Below, piece by piece: positions 9,935 through 19,910 of a stretch of 64,000 nucleotides of DNA. The translations under genes were made by a program, and so were the position numbers. The DNA is taken from NCBI GenBank assembly GCA_009843785.1, contig VYCT01000339.1:4228-68227 (forward strand). Direction: 5' to 3'. Below the pieces are notes generated by a model. The model had not been told where the DNA came from, searched no databases, and was given only the letters and a program-made list of their open reading frames with translations. Source of the stretch: Candidatus Poribacteria bacterium. GTDB lineage: Bacteria; Poribacteria; WGA-4E; WGA-3G. Numbering within the stretch: the first letter of the stretch is position 1; every line of letters begins with the position of its first letter.

Positions 9935-12900
9935 ATGCTGATGGTGGAAAACGATGTTCAACTGATTCACAGAATTTTGTCGGGTGATGAAGCGGCATTT
10001 AGTGCTTTGGTGCGAAAGTACCAAAAGAGCGTTCACGCGCTTGCGTGGCGGAAGGTTGGGGATTTTCACATCGCTGAAGAGATTGCGCAAGATGCCTTCC
10101 TCCAAGCATACAAAAACCTCGCTACGCTGAGGAATCCCAACCAGTTTGCTGGGTGGTTGTATGTCATCGCCAATCGACTTTGCCTGAAGTGGCTCCAAAA
10201 GAAAAAAACGCCGGTACAATCGTTGGAGGGTACGTCTGTGGTAGAAGTAGAGCAATCTTCTTATAAACGTTATGTATCGGAACAGCGGGAGACAGCAGCC
10301 AAGGAACGTCGGCATGAAATCGTTGAGGCACTTTTGGAAACGTTGCCAGAGAGTGAACGCACGGTGGTGACACTCTACTATCTCGGTGAAATGACGGCGA
10401 AGGAGATTGGCAATTTCTTAGGGGTATCGGTGAACACCATTAAAAGTCGGCTTCGCCGGGCCCGAGAACGTTTACAAGCCGAAGAGCACCTGATTAGTGA
10501 AACGCTCGGAAGCGTCCAATTGCCCGCCAATTTCATTGAGCGTATTATGCAGCAAGTTGCCGACATCAAACCGACACCGCCTTCGGCTGGAAAACCGTTG
10601 CTACCCTGGATCGCTTTTGGCACCGCTGCCCTTCTTATAATGCTGATGATCAGTGTCGGTGCCCAATACCTTACGCGCTTTCAGAAACCTTACAACTTGA
10701 ACGCCGAATCGGAAACCACTGTTGAAATCATTGACGCACCTATTGTCCTTGATACGCAGGCGGAACCGGATCTGCGCAACCAAGCCGGACGTTCTGATAC
10801 CACGGGTAGGGACAGCGGTGCCGGTGTGCAAGTTTCAGAACCTGTTGTCCCAGTCGCCGCGCAGATAGAAAAGGGACCCCTGACAACACCACAGCAGTGG
10901 AAACCAGCGAGCGTACCAGCGAGCGGCCCCGTAGGCGGCTTACTGGTAAGTTCAAACGGCGATGTCTACGCCGCTTCGGGTCTCGGTATCTATAGATTAA
11001 CGCCAGACACGCGAGCATGGGCCTTCCTCAGCCCTATCGCTTTGAAGAGCTCTACAACTTTGAAGGCACCCGTTGTAATACCGATGGCGGAGCAAAATGG
11101 GACGCTTTATCTTGTTTCTCATGAAGTCCTTATTTCAACCAATGGAGGCGAGATGTGGGAGCCAGTTGGCACCCTTCCCAAAGGTATTCCTGTCGCATTG
11201 GCAGTAACGGATGAAGCCTTGTACCTCCTGCTGAAAGATAAAGGCGTTTTCCGATCTGAAGATATGGGACAGCAGTGGACACCCCTCGGTGGTGAAGTGA
11301 TGGATAGAAACATCTCTGCTTTGGCGACTATTGAAAACACCGTATTTGTCGGAACAAATCAGGGACTCTACCGTATCAATCCAACGCATAGTTCGGCAAT
11401 GGATATATGGGAAAAATTGCCGCTAACTACCACTAAAGCTATCCACTCCTTAGCAACCGCCGAGAACAACCTCTATGTCGGAACAGGCCCCGACTTAGGT
11501 ACCTCGAAACGCGAGGAAATGCGGGAACAGATGTCCGCCGAGGTATCCGCTGGGCGACCCGTGTGGGAAATTTTCCGGTCAACCGATTTCGGCGATTCAT
11601 GGACCGAAATCACACCGACAAGCGAGCCTGCCTTGACATGGTTCTCGCCGGGCATTAAGGTCCTTACTGCTGGAAAAACGCTTTGGGCATTGGGATACAC
11701 TGGGTTCCAATGCCGATCCACTGATGCTGGCGAAACATGGACAAACCATGGATACAAAAAATTGGATCCGCTTTCAATGATGAATTCGTTTATGCTGAGT
11801 GTTTTTCCTGCCATTGGTGTGGATGAAAATATCCTGTTCAAAGCCAGCCTTTTTGGGCTTATCCGTTCAACCGATGCTGGCGAATCGTGGCATCCGTTTA
11901 TGACAGGCATGGTGGGAACCCAGATATCTAACTTAGTCGCCTTCAAAAACGCACTCTACGCCTATACCGGTACGAATATCGCGAAATCCACCGACGGTGG
12001 GATGTCCTGGAGAAACCTGCGATTCACCCCTGATCAATTAACACCAGAATTAGGATCGGCATGGGAGGTCGGTCTTCTACTCTCTTCTTCGCAGCTGGCA
12101 ATTGCTGACCATAAACTCTACTGCCTCGGCAGCGCAGTTGCCGCAAACATAGAAGAGGCACAGCATCGCATCTTCCATCTTTCCCAGAACGGCGGTGCGC
12201 TGGTACTTATGTCGGAAGCTCCTGTTTTTGGTAAAAATCTTTCTATGGAGCCGCCAAAAACTGCATCACAAGAGAAGTCGGAAAAAAATAGACCCGACGA
12301 TGCTCCTAACGATCCTGAGAAGGCCGATGAATCGACAGACACAACCCGCAATCCCATAGCATCTCACAGCGCGTTTGCAGTCAGCGGCGAAACGTTTTAT
12401 GTGGAATATCAGCGGCGGCTCCTGCGGTGGAGACGCGGCGAACCTGAATGGTTCGACACTGGTCTGGTAGACATCGATCTGCGTGCTAACGATGATGGTC
12501 CCGATCATTTTATTCTGGCTGTTTCAGGTGAAATTGTCTACGTTGGCAAACGTGATGGACATCTGTTTCGATCGCTTGATAGCGGGAACACATGGAAAGA
12601 CCTGACCGCAACGTTGCCACTTCGATTTAAACATTTCAACGATATTGTTTTTGCGGATTCAGCGGTTTATGTCGCCACAGATGCGGGGGTCTTAACATCG
12701 GTGGACGGTGAAAATTGGCGCACAATAACCGATACAGTCGGTACACACACCGTCGTAGACCGAGTTGCCGTAGATGATATAACGATTTATGGTGCTGGCG
12801 ATACAGGTGCTTATCAATTGGATCATCGCGGCAGATGGGAACGGATCTCGCCAGACGTACCAAGCAGCGTCATTTCTGTTGCTGTCAAGGGTAACAGGCT

Positions 12901-12961
12901 TTATATTGTTACCGAACGGAGCGGGATGTTTTATGCCGCGCTTGAGAAGAAAAACGATTGA
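9935..12961 (+). CDS. ECF sigma-70 factor fused through a single transmembrane helix to a large extracytoplasmic BNR/Asp-box repeat domain.
   Basis: The N-terminus has sigma-70 region 2 (FSALVRKYQKSVHALAWRKV...DAFLQAYKNL) and region 4 (TVVTLYYLGEMTAKEIGNFLGVSVNTIKSRLRRARERL). A hydrophobic helix (PLLPWIAFGTAALLIMLMISVGA) follows. Then come BNR motifs (STNGGEMW, STDFGDSW, STDAGETW, STDAGESW, STDGGMSW, SLDSGNTW). The last ~150 aa are paralogous to the end of ORF 2..1765. Confidence 0.7.
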   Translation: MLMVENDVQLIHRILSGDEAAFSALVRKYQKSVHALAWRKVGDFHIAEEIAQDAFLQAYKNLATLRNPNQFAGWLYVIANRLCLKWLQKKKTPVQSLEGTSVVEVEQSSYKRYVSEQRETAAKERRHEIVEALLETLPESERTVVTLYYLGEMTAKEIGNFLGVSVNTIKSRLRRARERLQAEEHLISETLGSVQLPANFIERIMQQVADIKPTPPSAGKPLLPWIAFGTAALLIMLMISVGAQYLTRFQKPYNLNAESETTVEIIDAPIVLDTQAEPDLRNQAGRSDTTGRDSGAGVQVSEPVVPVAAQIEKGPLTTPQQWKPASVPASGPVGGLLVSSNGDVYAASGLGIYRLTPDTRAWAFLSPIALKSSTTLKAPVVIPMAEQNGTLYLVSHEVLISTNGGEMWEPVGTLPKGIPVALAVTDEALYLLLKDKGVFRSEDMGQQWTPLGGEVMDRNISALATIENTVFVGTNQGLYRINPTHSSAMDIWEKLPLTTTKAIHSLATAENNLYVGTGPDLGTSKREEMREQMSAEVSAGRPVWEIFRSTDFGDSWTEITPTSEPALTWFSPGIKVLTAGKTLWALGYTGFQCRSTDAGETWTNHGYKKLDPLSMMNSFMLSVFPAIGVDENILFKASLFGLIRSTDAGESWHPFMTGMVGTQISNLVAFKNALYAYTGTNIAKSTDGGMSWRNLRFTPDQLTPELGSAWEVGLLLSSSQLAIADHKLYCLGSAVAANIEEAQHRIFHLSQNGGALVLMSEAPVFGKNLSMEPPKTASQEKSEKNRPDDAPNDPEKADESTDTTRNPIASHSAFAVSGETFYVEYQRRLLRWRRGEPEWFDTGLVDIDLRANDDGPDHFILAVSGEIVYVGKRDGHLFRSLDSGNTWKDLTATLPLRFKHFNDIVFADSAVYVATDAGVLTSVDGENWRTITDTVGTHTVVDRVAVDDITIYGAGDTGAYQLDHRGRWERISPDVPSSVISVAVKGNRLYIVTERSGMFYAALEKKND

Positions 12962-13141
12962 TAGTCCGAGCAATTCCCCATCAAAAACCGCTTATTCTTC
13001 ATCTCATTCAATTTTTTTTCCCATTATGCACATTTTTGCCCTTCAAATTGTTTCATTAAATCATGACTAAAAGTTTGAGCAATTTAAGGGAAAAATAAAT
13101 TATTTACACCCGAAAGTGTTTTCGGGAAAGGATGTATTCAG

Positions 13142-14770
13142 ATGAAAAAAATAAGCCTTTCAATTTTAACCCTACTCTCCATTTTCACTTTTACTTTACC
13201 TTTTGCCGCTGCCGAAGAGTACTTCCATACTCGGACGCTCAGCGGGCATAGAATTGCTGTCTCTGCAGTGGCATTCAAAGACGATAGCACACTTGTCAGT
13301 GTTGGGACCGATAGTGCCCTTCGCTTTTGGAATCTTGACATGGGGGCACAACACTGGCAGACCGAAGTCGGTCTCTTCTTAATCTCTGACATTGCAATCT
13401 CATCGCATGACTCGCGTTTTGTCGTTTATGCCGGCGGACTCTTTTTCCGCCCTTATATTGGGATGTCCTACACAGATGACGGAGACATAAGAGGTTACCT
13501 CGTGGGACCTACAAACACTGTCAATACGCTATCCTTTAAACCCGGGAGTTTCATCCTTGCCAGCGGGAGCAACGACGACACAATCCGTATCTGGGATTTA
13601 ACATGGGACGCATGGAAAAGTCGACCCGTTCGGACACTGCGGGGGCATGCGAATGATGTCGAGTCGGTTGCGTGGAGTCCTGATGGAACACTGCTCGCCA
13701 GTGGCAGTAGAGACCGGACCGTCCGCTTGTGGAACCCAGATAACGGCACCAATACTGCTATATTTCGCGGACATACGAATACTGTAAACTCAGTTGCGTG
13801 GAGTCCTGATGGAACGCTGTTCGCGAGTGCAAGCAACGATGACACAATCCGTATTTGGGACCCAACCAACACGGATGCCCCACTGCACGTCTTGGAGGGG
13901 CATACCGGGAACGTCAATACGTTGGCATTCCATCCAACCGAGGCAATTCTTGCCAGTGGCAGTAGCGATGATACAATCCGCTTATGGGACTCCACCACTG
14001 GTCTCCACAAAGCCACGCTGAAAGGGCATACCGGTGGTGTTAATACAATAGCGTGGAACTCTGATGGGTCACTTCTTGCGAGTGGCAGTAATGACGACAC
14101 AATCCGCTTGTGGGAGCCACTCGCAGCGGTTGATATAACAGGGGACGGTAGTGTCACATATCTTGACATTATTGAAGTAGGGGAGAACTACGGAAAAACT
14201 GTCGTAAATGGAGCAAACCCACGCGCAGATGTCAACAAAGATGGTATCGTTAATATTGAGGACCTCATTGTTGTTGCTAAGGCAGTGGATTCCCAAGCAC
14301 CCGTAGATTCCCAAGCGGCACCTATGCTTGCACAGCATCCACACGATTTCTCCTTCACCGCGAAAGATGTCCAGCAGTGGATCCAAGACGCACAGGATGT
14401 TGGTGCGAATCCACAGACGATTGCTATCTTAGAACGCTTTTTAGCCGTTGGGACACGGATGGCACAACCAACACCCGAAAAAACAGTTCTCTTGGCGAAC
14501 TACCCCAACCCCTTCAATCCAGAGACCTGGATACCCTATCAGTTGGCACAACCAGCGGAGGTCGCTGTCTTCATTCATACTGCGAACGGTGCTTTGGTCC
14601 GGACGCTGCCATTGGGCGAAATGCCTTCAGGTATCTATCAGAGTAGAGCCCGTGCTGCCTATTGGGATGGTAAGAATGCTCACGGAGAGCCAGTCGCAAG
14701 TGGTGTCTATTTCTATACGCTCAAAGCAGGACAATTTACTGCGACGCGTAAGATGTTGATCCAGAAGTAA
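13142..14770 (+). CDS. Secreted WD40-repeat protein with a dockerin-like pair and a C-terminal T9SS/FlgD-Ig-like sorting domain.
   Basis: Signal peptide. At least six canonical WD40 units (GH..V.S.AWSPDG..LAS.S.D.T.R.W). Dockerin-like calcium-binding repeats (ITGDGSVTYLD...DVNKDGIVNIEDLIVV). The C-terminus is LANYPNPFNPETWIPY...YWDGKN..GEPVASGVYFYTL.AGQFTATRKMLIQK. Confidence 0.75.
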   Translation: MKKISLSILTLLSIFTFTLPFAAAEEYFHTRTLSGHRIAVSAVAFKDDSTLVSVGTDSALRFWNLDMGAQHWQTEVGLFLISDIAISSHDSRFVVYAGGLFFRPYIGMSYTDDGDIRGYLVGPTNTVNTLSFKPGSFILASGSNDDTIRIWDLTWDAWKSRPVRTLRGHANDVESVAWSPDGTLLASGSRDRTVRLWNPDNGTNTAIFRGHTNTVNSVAWSPDGTLFASASNDDTIRIWDPTNTDAPLHVLEGHTGNVNTLAFHPTEAILASGSSDDTIRLWDSTTGLHKATLKGHTGGVNTIAWNSDGSLLASGSNDDTIRLWEPLAAVDITGDGSVTYLDIIEVGENYGKTVVNGANPRADVNKDGIVNIEDLIVVAKAVDSQAPVDSQAAPMLAQHPHDFSFTAKDVQQWIQDAQDVGANPQTIAILERFLAVGTRMAQPTPEKTVLLANYPNPFNPETWIPYQLAQPAEVAVFIHTANGALVRTLPLGEMPSGIYQSRARAAYWDGKNAHGEPVASGVYFYTLKAGQFTATRKMLIQK

Positions 14771-14894
14771 GCAATTCCATGTTTCCAGCAGAGTGGTGAT
14801 TTTCAGGAAATCGCCACTCACTGCAATTAAGAGATTTCGACCAGCCCTTTCGCGCGCGTGTGCTTCGCCACGGTGTTTTGGCAGCGTTGTCGTG

Positions 14895-16346
14895 TTATGG
14901 AAGCAATTTTCGCAACGTCTGAATCAGTGTGCTCTCCGAAAACCATTTGCCCGCCACGCGCCACACACTGCTCGAAAACGTCGGATAGACGTGAATCATC
15001 CCGCTCAATTTTCGCAACGGAATCCCCTGTTGCATCGCCAGCACATATTCATGCACAACCTCACCCGCATTCGCACCGACGAGGTGAACCCCCAATATCT
15101 TTCCCGTCCATCGGCTCGCAATAACTTTACTGAAGCCCTGCGTTTCGCCTTCCGCAACGGCTCTGTCAACGTCGTTTTGATCGAGTGTGAACACGTCAAC
15201 ATCGCTGTATTTCTCACGTGCCTCTGCCTCGGTGAGACCACAGCGTGCCACCTCCGGGTCACAAAAAGTTGTCCACGGCACGACGGCATAATTAATGGTG
15301 TTAGAAAGCGGGAAGAAGATATTCCGGAGGAGCAGCTGCGCTTGGAAAGCAGCGACGTGTGTGAACAGGTAGTGTCCAATCACATCACCTGCAGCATAGA
15401 TGTTCCTGACGCTCGTCTGAAGTCTGTTGTTAACTTCAATCCCGCGGCTGCCGACCTGCACGCCTATTTTCTCGAGTCCTAACCCTTCCACATTCGGCGC
15501 GCGTCCCGCCGCAATCAGGATTTTATCAAAAATCTGTTCGGTTACGCCGTTTTCACTATCGCTGGTGGGAGAGGTGTGTAACCTCGAAAATGTGACATTT
15601 ATAGCGTCTTCATGTTGAACAATCTGCGCGATGTTCGTGTTAAGTCGAATCGCGATCCCTTCTTCATGGAGGTAACCGAGCATCTGCTCAGAGACATCGG
15701 TATCCTCTTTTGTGAGGATACGTTCGCTCCGTTGCGCAATCGTCACATCGGCACCGAGACGGTGAAATGCTTGTCCGAGTTCAATACCAATCGGACCCGC
15801 ACCGACGACGAGCAGCCGTTCCGGGAATTCTGTCAACTCCCAAACGGTTTCGCTATCGAGGTAATCACAAGATGCCAACCCGGGTATCGGGGGGGCTACC
15901 GGACGAGAACCCGTGCTGATCACAAACTTTTTGCTGTTGAGCGTGCGCGTCTCTCCGCTTTCTGTATCTGCCACGACGAAGGTATCGGATGCTTCAAAAT
16001 GCCCGTCTCCAAAGATGACATCGACACCCATTTCGCGGAACCGCTCTGGGTTGTCGTGTTCCTCTTCGATGACGTGTTGCGTCCCTTGCACATAATCCAT
16101 CACGCGATGCCAATTAGGTATGGGGTCTTGCACATCGATACCGTATTTCCCTGCGTTTCTGGTGTAATTCGCGACCTTCGCCGCTTTCAGGAGTGCTTTG
16201 GAAGGCACGCACCCCGTCCAGAGGCAGTCGCCACCGATGCGATGCTTCTCCACAAGTGCGGTTTTTTTGCCTAATTTCGCGCCTGCCACAGCAAGCACAA
16301 GTCCCGCGCTGCCGCCGCCGATGATCGTCAAATCGTACGTATCCAC
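14895..16346 (-). CDS. FAD-dependent pyridine nucleotide-disulfide oxidoreductase, class I (dihydrolipoyl dehydrogenase or mercuric reductase-like).
   Basis: N-terminal FAD-binding GxGxxG (IIGGGSAGL). Redox-active disulfide GGDCLWTGCVPSK. NAD-binding VVGAGPIGIE. C-terminal HVYPTFSS dimerisation motif. Confidence 0.75.
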   Translation of the reverse strand: MDTYDLTIIGGGSAGLVLAVAGAKLGKKTALVEKHRIGGDCLWTGCVPSKALLKAAKVANYTRNAGKYGIDVQDPIPNWHRVMDYVQGTQHVIEEEHDNPERFREMGVDVIFGDGHFEASDTFVVADTESGETRTLNSKKFVISTGSRPVAPPIPGLASCDYLDSETVWELTEFPERLLVVGAGPIGIELGQAFHRLGADVTIAQRSERILTKEDTDVSEQMLGYLHEEGIAIRLNTNIAQIVQHEDAINVTFSRLHTSPTSDSENGVTEQIFDKILIAAGRAPNVEGLGLEKIGVQVGSRGIEVNNRLQTSVRNIYAAGDVIGHYLFTHVAAFQAQLLLRNIFFPLSNTINYAVVPWTTFCDPEVARCGLTEAEAREKYSDVDVFTLDQNDVDRAVAEGETQGFSKVIASRWTGKILGVHLVGANAGEVVHEYVLAMQQGIPLRKLSGMIHVYPTFSSSVWRVAGKWFSESTLIQTLRKLLP

Positions 16347-16350
16347 AATT

Positions 16351-17916
16351 TTATTTTCCCCATGTTGACCGACGCAGCACCCTACCGGGCAGCTGCCCTG
16401 TCACGTTTCCATCTTCGACAACTGAAACGCCGTTGACGAACACCCAGTTTACACCGACGGGCGATTGCACCGGATCAAACCATGTAGATTTATCTGCAAC
16501 GGTCTCTGGATCGAAAACGACGATATCCGCGGCAAGTCCGCGACTGATTTTGCCGCGGTCGAAAATTCGGAAACGTTCCGCAGGGAAACCACTCATCTTG
16601 TAAATCGCTTCTTTCAGCGAGACGAGTTGACGTTCACGCACAAACTTGCCGAGATACTGCACAAAACAGCCATAACTCCGGGGGTGTGGATGTGGAATGT
16701 TATAAACACCATCGCTCGCAATCATCATACGGGGATGGCTTGCCGTCTGATTCAAGATACGTTCGTTTTCTTCAGGCGGTGTCGCCCACGGCATCACAAA
16801 GGTCTCAATCGCGGCTTCTTCGCAGATAAGATCGAAAGCGAATTCCTCGTTAGATTTACCTTCGCTCTTCGCGGCTTCAGCGAGCGTCATCCCGATAAAC
16901 CTACCGGAGCGATTGTAACCCACAATCTGGCTGCCGTCGCGTAATTCGCCTCGCAAGTATGTAATCGACTTTTCTCGGACTTCGGGGTCCTCAAGGCGTG
17001 CTAACATATCATCAGGCGCGCCTGTCTGATATTCCATCGGGAGCATCATTGCAAGATGCGTCATACCAGCGGGATAGAGGTAGGATTCAAAGGTCAAATC
17101 TATCTGTTCCTTCTCAACCCGTTCAAGTATATCAGCGACTTCATCGTCCACGCGTTCATGCGAGATATGCACAGGAATCCCAGCGCGTCGCGCGATCTCA
17201 ATCGTCTCCTCCCACGCCTGTTTTCTCCCGAGGATACGGTATCGGATATGCGCGGCATAGATTGCATCGTAGGTTTGAGCGATACGTGAGAGATACACAA
17301 GTTCTCGCAAATCGGCATTCGCCGAGGGTTGATAGTCGAGTCCTAAGCAGAGACTGCAAGCACCTTCCGCTAACCACCTATGCGTTATGCGTGTCATCGC
17401 TCTCAGTTCATCACTCGTTGCCGGACGCGTATCCCAACCCATTACACCGAGCCGAACAGCGCAGTGCGGTACTTGCGGGTAGAGGTTCGCAGGAATTCGC
17501 CCGGGGAACATATCAAGATACGCTTCAAGGGTCTGCCAGTTGAGCGGCAGTTCAGCATCGCCATAAGCGAATCGTGTGTAGTGCCACAATTCTTTCGCCT
17601 GTTCTGGTGGTAAGGGTGCCCAACCGAAACCATCTGGCGCGGCTAAATGCGTCGTTACACCTTGACTGACAGCCGCGAACTGGTCGCGTCCACCGAGCAG
17701 CGCAATTTCAGAATGCACGTGCACATCGACAAAACCGGGGCAAACAACCTGTCCCTCCGCGGAAATCCGATGTCCTGTTTCCGCTTTAGCAAGGTCGCCG
17801 ATCGCAGCAATCTGGTCGTCCTGAATCCCGATGTCTGCAACAAACGGCTCCCGTTTACCTGTTCCATCAACGATATTTCCGCCTGCAATGATTGTATCAA
17901 ATCTCATAAAATTCAC
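16351..17916 (-). CDS. N-acyl-D-amino-acid deacylase (D-aminoacylase) family amidohydrolase.
   Basis: The N-terminus reads FDTIIAGGNIVDGTG...IAAIG. A metal-binding FVDVHVHSE motif is present. The length is ~520 aa and the C-terminus reads ...NWVFVNGVSVVEDG, typical of Amidohydro_3 D-aminoacylases. Confidence 0.65.
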   Translation of the reverse strand: MNFMRFDTIIAGGNIVDGTGKREPFVADIGIQDDQIAAIGDLAKAETGHRISAEGQVVCPGFVDVHVHSEIALLGGRDQFAAVSQGVTTHLAAPDGFGWAPLPPEQAKELWHYTRFAYGDAELPLNWQTLEAYLDMFPGRIPANLYPQVPHCAVRLGVMGWDTRPATSDELRAMTRITHRWLAEGACSLCLGLDYQPSANADLRELVYLSRIAQTYDAIYAAHIRYRILGRKQAWEETIEIARRAGIPVHISHERVDDEVADILERVEKEQIDLTFESYLYPAGMTHLAMMLPMEYQTGAPDDMLARLEDPEVREKSITYLRGELRDGSQIVGYNRSGRFIGMTLAEAAKSEGKSNEEFAFDLICEEAAIETFVMPWATPPEENERILNQTASHPRMMIASDGVYNIPHPHPRSYGCFVQYLGKFVRERQLVSLKEAIYKMSGFPAERFRIFDRGKISRGLAADIVVFDPETVADKSTWFDPVQSPVGVNWVFVNGVSVVEDGNVTGQLPGRVLRRSTWGK

Positions 17917-18113
17917 CTCTTTTGTTCATTGAGTTTACCATCAAAAACGGTGTCCGTCAACAGGAAATTTCGGCAGAATTGATCTCCAAGTCACAACGCT
18001 TATCCCGATTTCCTTTGACAAAAAACCTGATGCTTGATAGAATAACAAAAAATCGTCATCGGTCTTTAGCCTTGTAAAGGCAATATGCTCGTAACAGTCA
18101 GCAGGAGGAACGC

Positions 18114-18602
18114 ATGCATCAGGCACACACTTGTATGAGAACATTGTTTACAAGTCCATATTCTACATTAGGGATAGCCCTGCTGTCCCTGACGATTGCG
18201 TTGAGTGGTTGTGGTGAGGATCCTTCTGGCGGCAGCGGCTTCACGGATGTCGCACGCGGCGAACCGACTATCGTCGATTCTGCCTTAGCGATTAGTGTCT
18301 TTGACGACAGACCGGACGGGATTACAAACACTTTCTCCATCGAATTCAACGATCAGGTGTATTTATGGCTCTTATGGGCGAATATCACAGAGCAACATAC
18401 AGTTGAAGTTTCGTGGTACTCCCCAGAGGAGGGGCTTGACGATCCACCGTTTTGGGAAGAGAAACAGACCTTTACATCAACAACCGGCGATAAAATTACA
18501 TGGTTTTACATTGATCTACCAGACATTACAGGTGAGTGGTTCGTTGAAGTCTACCTGGATGGCGACCTCTTTGAAAGAAGTCATGTCTTCTGGGTAGAGT
18601 AA
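18114..18602 (+). CDS. Hypothetical lipoprotein.
   Basis: Signal peptide with lipobox LSGC. No recognisable domain. Confidence 0.45.
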   Translation: MHQAHTCMRTLFTSPYSTLGIALLSLTIALSGCGEDPSGGSGFTDVARGEPTIVDSALAISVFDDRPDGITNTFSIEFNDQVYLWLLWANITEQHTVEVSWYSPEEGLDDPPFWEEKQTFTSTTGDKITWFYIDLPDITGEWFVEVYLDGDLFERSHVFWVE

Positions 18603-18632
18603 CCACCTGCCGCACCCAGATGGAGAGCAGTC

Positions 18633-19718
18633 ATGGATAGACTCAGCATCGCACATATCGGCACAGGCAGACGTGGTGCCGGCACCTACCTCCCCCTTAT
18701 CTCAAAGTTAACGGACGACCTCGCGTTGGTCGCTGTTTGCGATCCACGTGAAGAAAGCACTACGGAACAGGGCGAGAAATATAACGTCCCGCACTACACG
18801 AACACTGAGCAGATGTTAGACGAAGTAAAACCTGATATCTGTTCAATCGTGATTACACCGAGCAACAATCATATTCCCGGATTACTCTGCTCCGAACGCG
18901 GTATCAGTTATTGTACGGAAACGCCGATTGATACCGATCTCGGATGGGCCGACAAAATGATCGCTTCCGCACAGCAGAACGGCATAAAACTGGAGGTCAA
19001 CGAAAACTATTATCGTGTACCGACAGAACGGATCAAACGGGAGATGATTCTTGCAGGGGTCTTCGGCAAAGTCAATGTCGCCTACAATGATTTCCGAGGA
19101 CACGGCTATCACGGCATCGGTCTCATCCGCAGCTACGTCGGTTTTGATAACGAACCGGTGCAAGTTTACGGCTTCCGAAAGGGATATGACGTTCAGGAGC
19201 ACGTCTGGCGGAAAGGGCAACCGACGCGCAATACTGAGGATTGGCAACATGCGGTGATTGAATTCGCCGATGGTGCTGTCGGCATCTTCAATTTCAGCGG
19301 GCTCTCTTACGGTTCTCCGCTACGCGGCTTTAACGGTTCTAAATTCTACGCCGAACGCGGGATGTGTTTCCGAAACGATGCTGTCATTTTGAACGACACT
19401 GCCGATGAGCAGCGCGCGATTACGATCGCACGTAGAACCAATACCGTTAACGGCTATGAAACCTTAGCCGCACTTGTCGCCGATACGGACCCTGAAGTGG
19501 TTTGGGAAAACCCGTTGCAAAATTATCCGCTCAGCGACGGTGAAATTACGGTCGCTTCGGAACTGATGAGCCTCGTCAACGCCGTTCGCGATGATATAGA
19601 GCCTGAATACGGGGCATACAACGGGCGTAAGGACCGAGAAATTGATGTCGCAATGGCACGTTCATGGTCAAACAACGGCGCACCTGTTACCTTTCCATTT
19701 GCGTATGAGAAACGTTGA
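18633..19718 (+). CDS. Gfo/Idh/MocA family NAD(P)-dependent oxidoreductase.
   Basis: N-terminal Rossmann motif IAHIGTGRRG, consensus ...ICSIVITPSNNH.., and a 361-aa length. Confidence 0.6.
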   Translation: MDRLSIAHIGTGRRGAGTYLPLISKLTDDLALVAVCDPREESTTEQGEKYNVPHYTNTEQMLDEVKPDICSIVITPSNNHIPGLLCSERGISYCTETPIDTDLGWADKMIASAQQNGIKLEVNENYYRVPTERIKREMILAGVFGKVNVAYNDFRGHGYHGIGLIRSYVGFDNEPVQVYGFRKGYDVQEHVWRKGQPTRNTEDWQHAVIEFADGAVGIFNFSGLSYGSPLRGFNGSKFYAERGMCFRNDAVILNDTADEQRAITIARRTNTVNGYETLAALVADTDPEVVWENPLQNYPLSDGEITVASELMSLVNAVRDDIEPEYGAYNGRKDREIDVAMARSWSNNGAPVTFPFAYEKR

Positions 19719-19910
19719 ACGCGCAAAAATCGCAGCCGAAAAAACCAGCAAAGCACATCTACGCCTTTGCTGACGGCTTTAACCAAGAACTCGCGCCTTA
19801 GCAAAAGTATCTGTAGACGAGTTCTTGGTTAAAATTGAATTTTCCTTGCCGTTTGCGCTCGGATTCTGTATACTTAATTGGGAAAGCACAAAATGCTATA
19901 GGGGTATCGC

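Noticed and set aside
14793-15482. 229-aa plus-strand ORF.
   Set aside because: It lies entirely antisense to the well-supported pyridine nucleotide-disulfide oxidoreductase gene (14895..16346, minus). The protein is Arg/Cys-rich and junk-like.
15612-16274. 220-aa plus-strand ORF.
   Set aside because: Antisense within the same oxidoreductase gene. No motifs.
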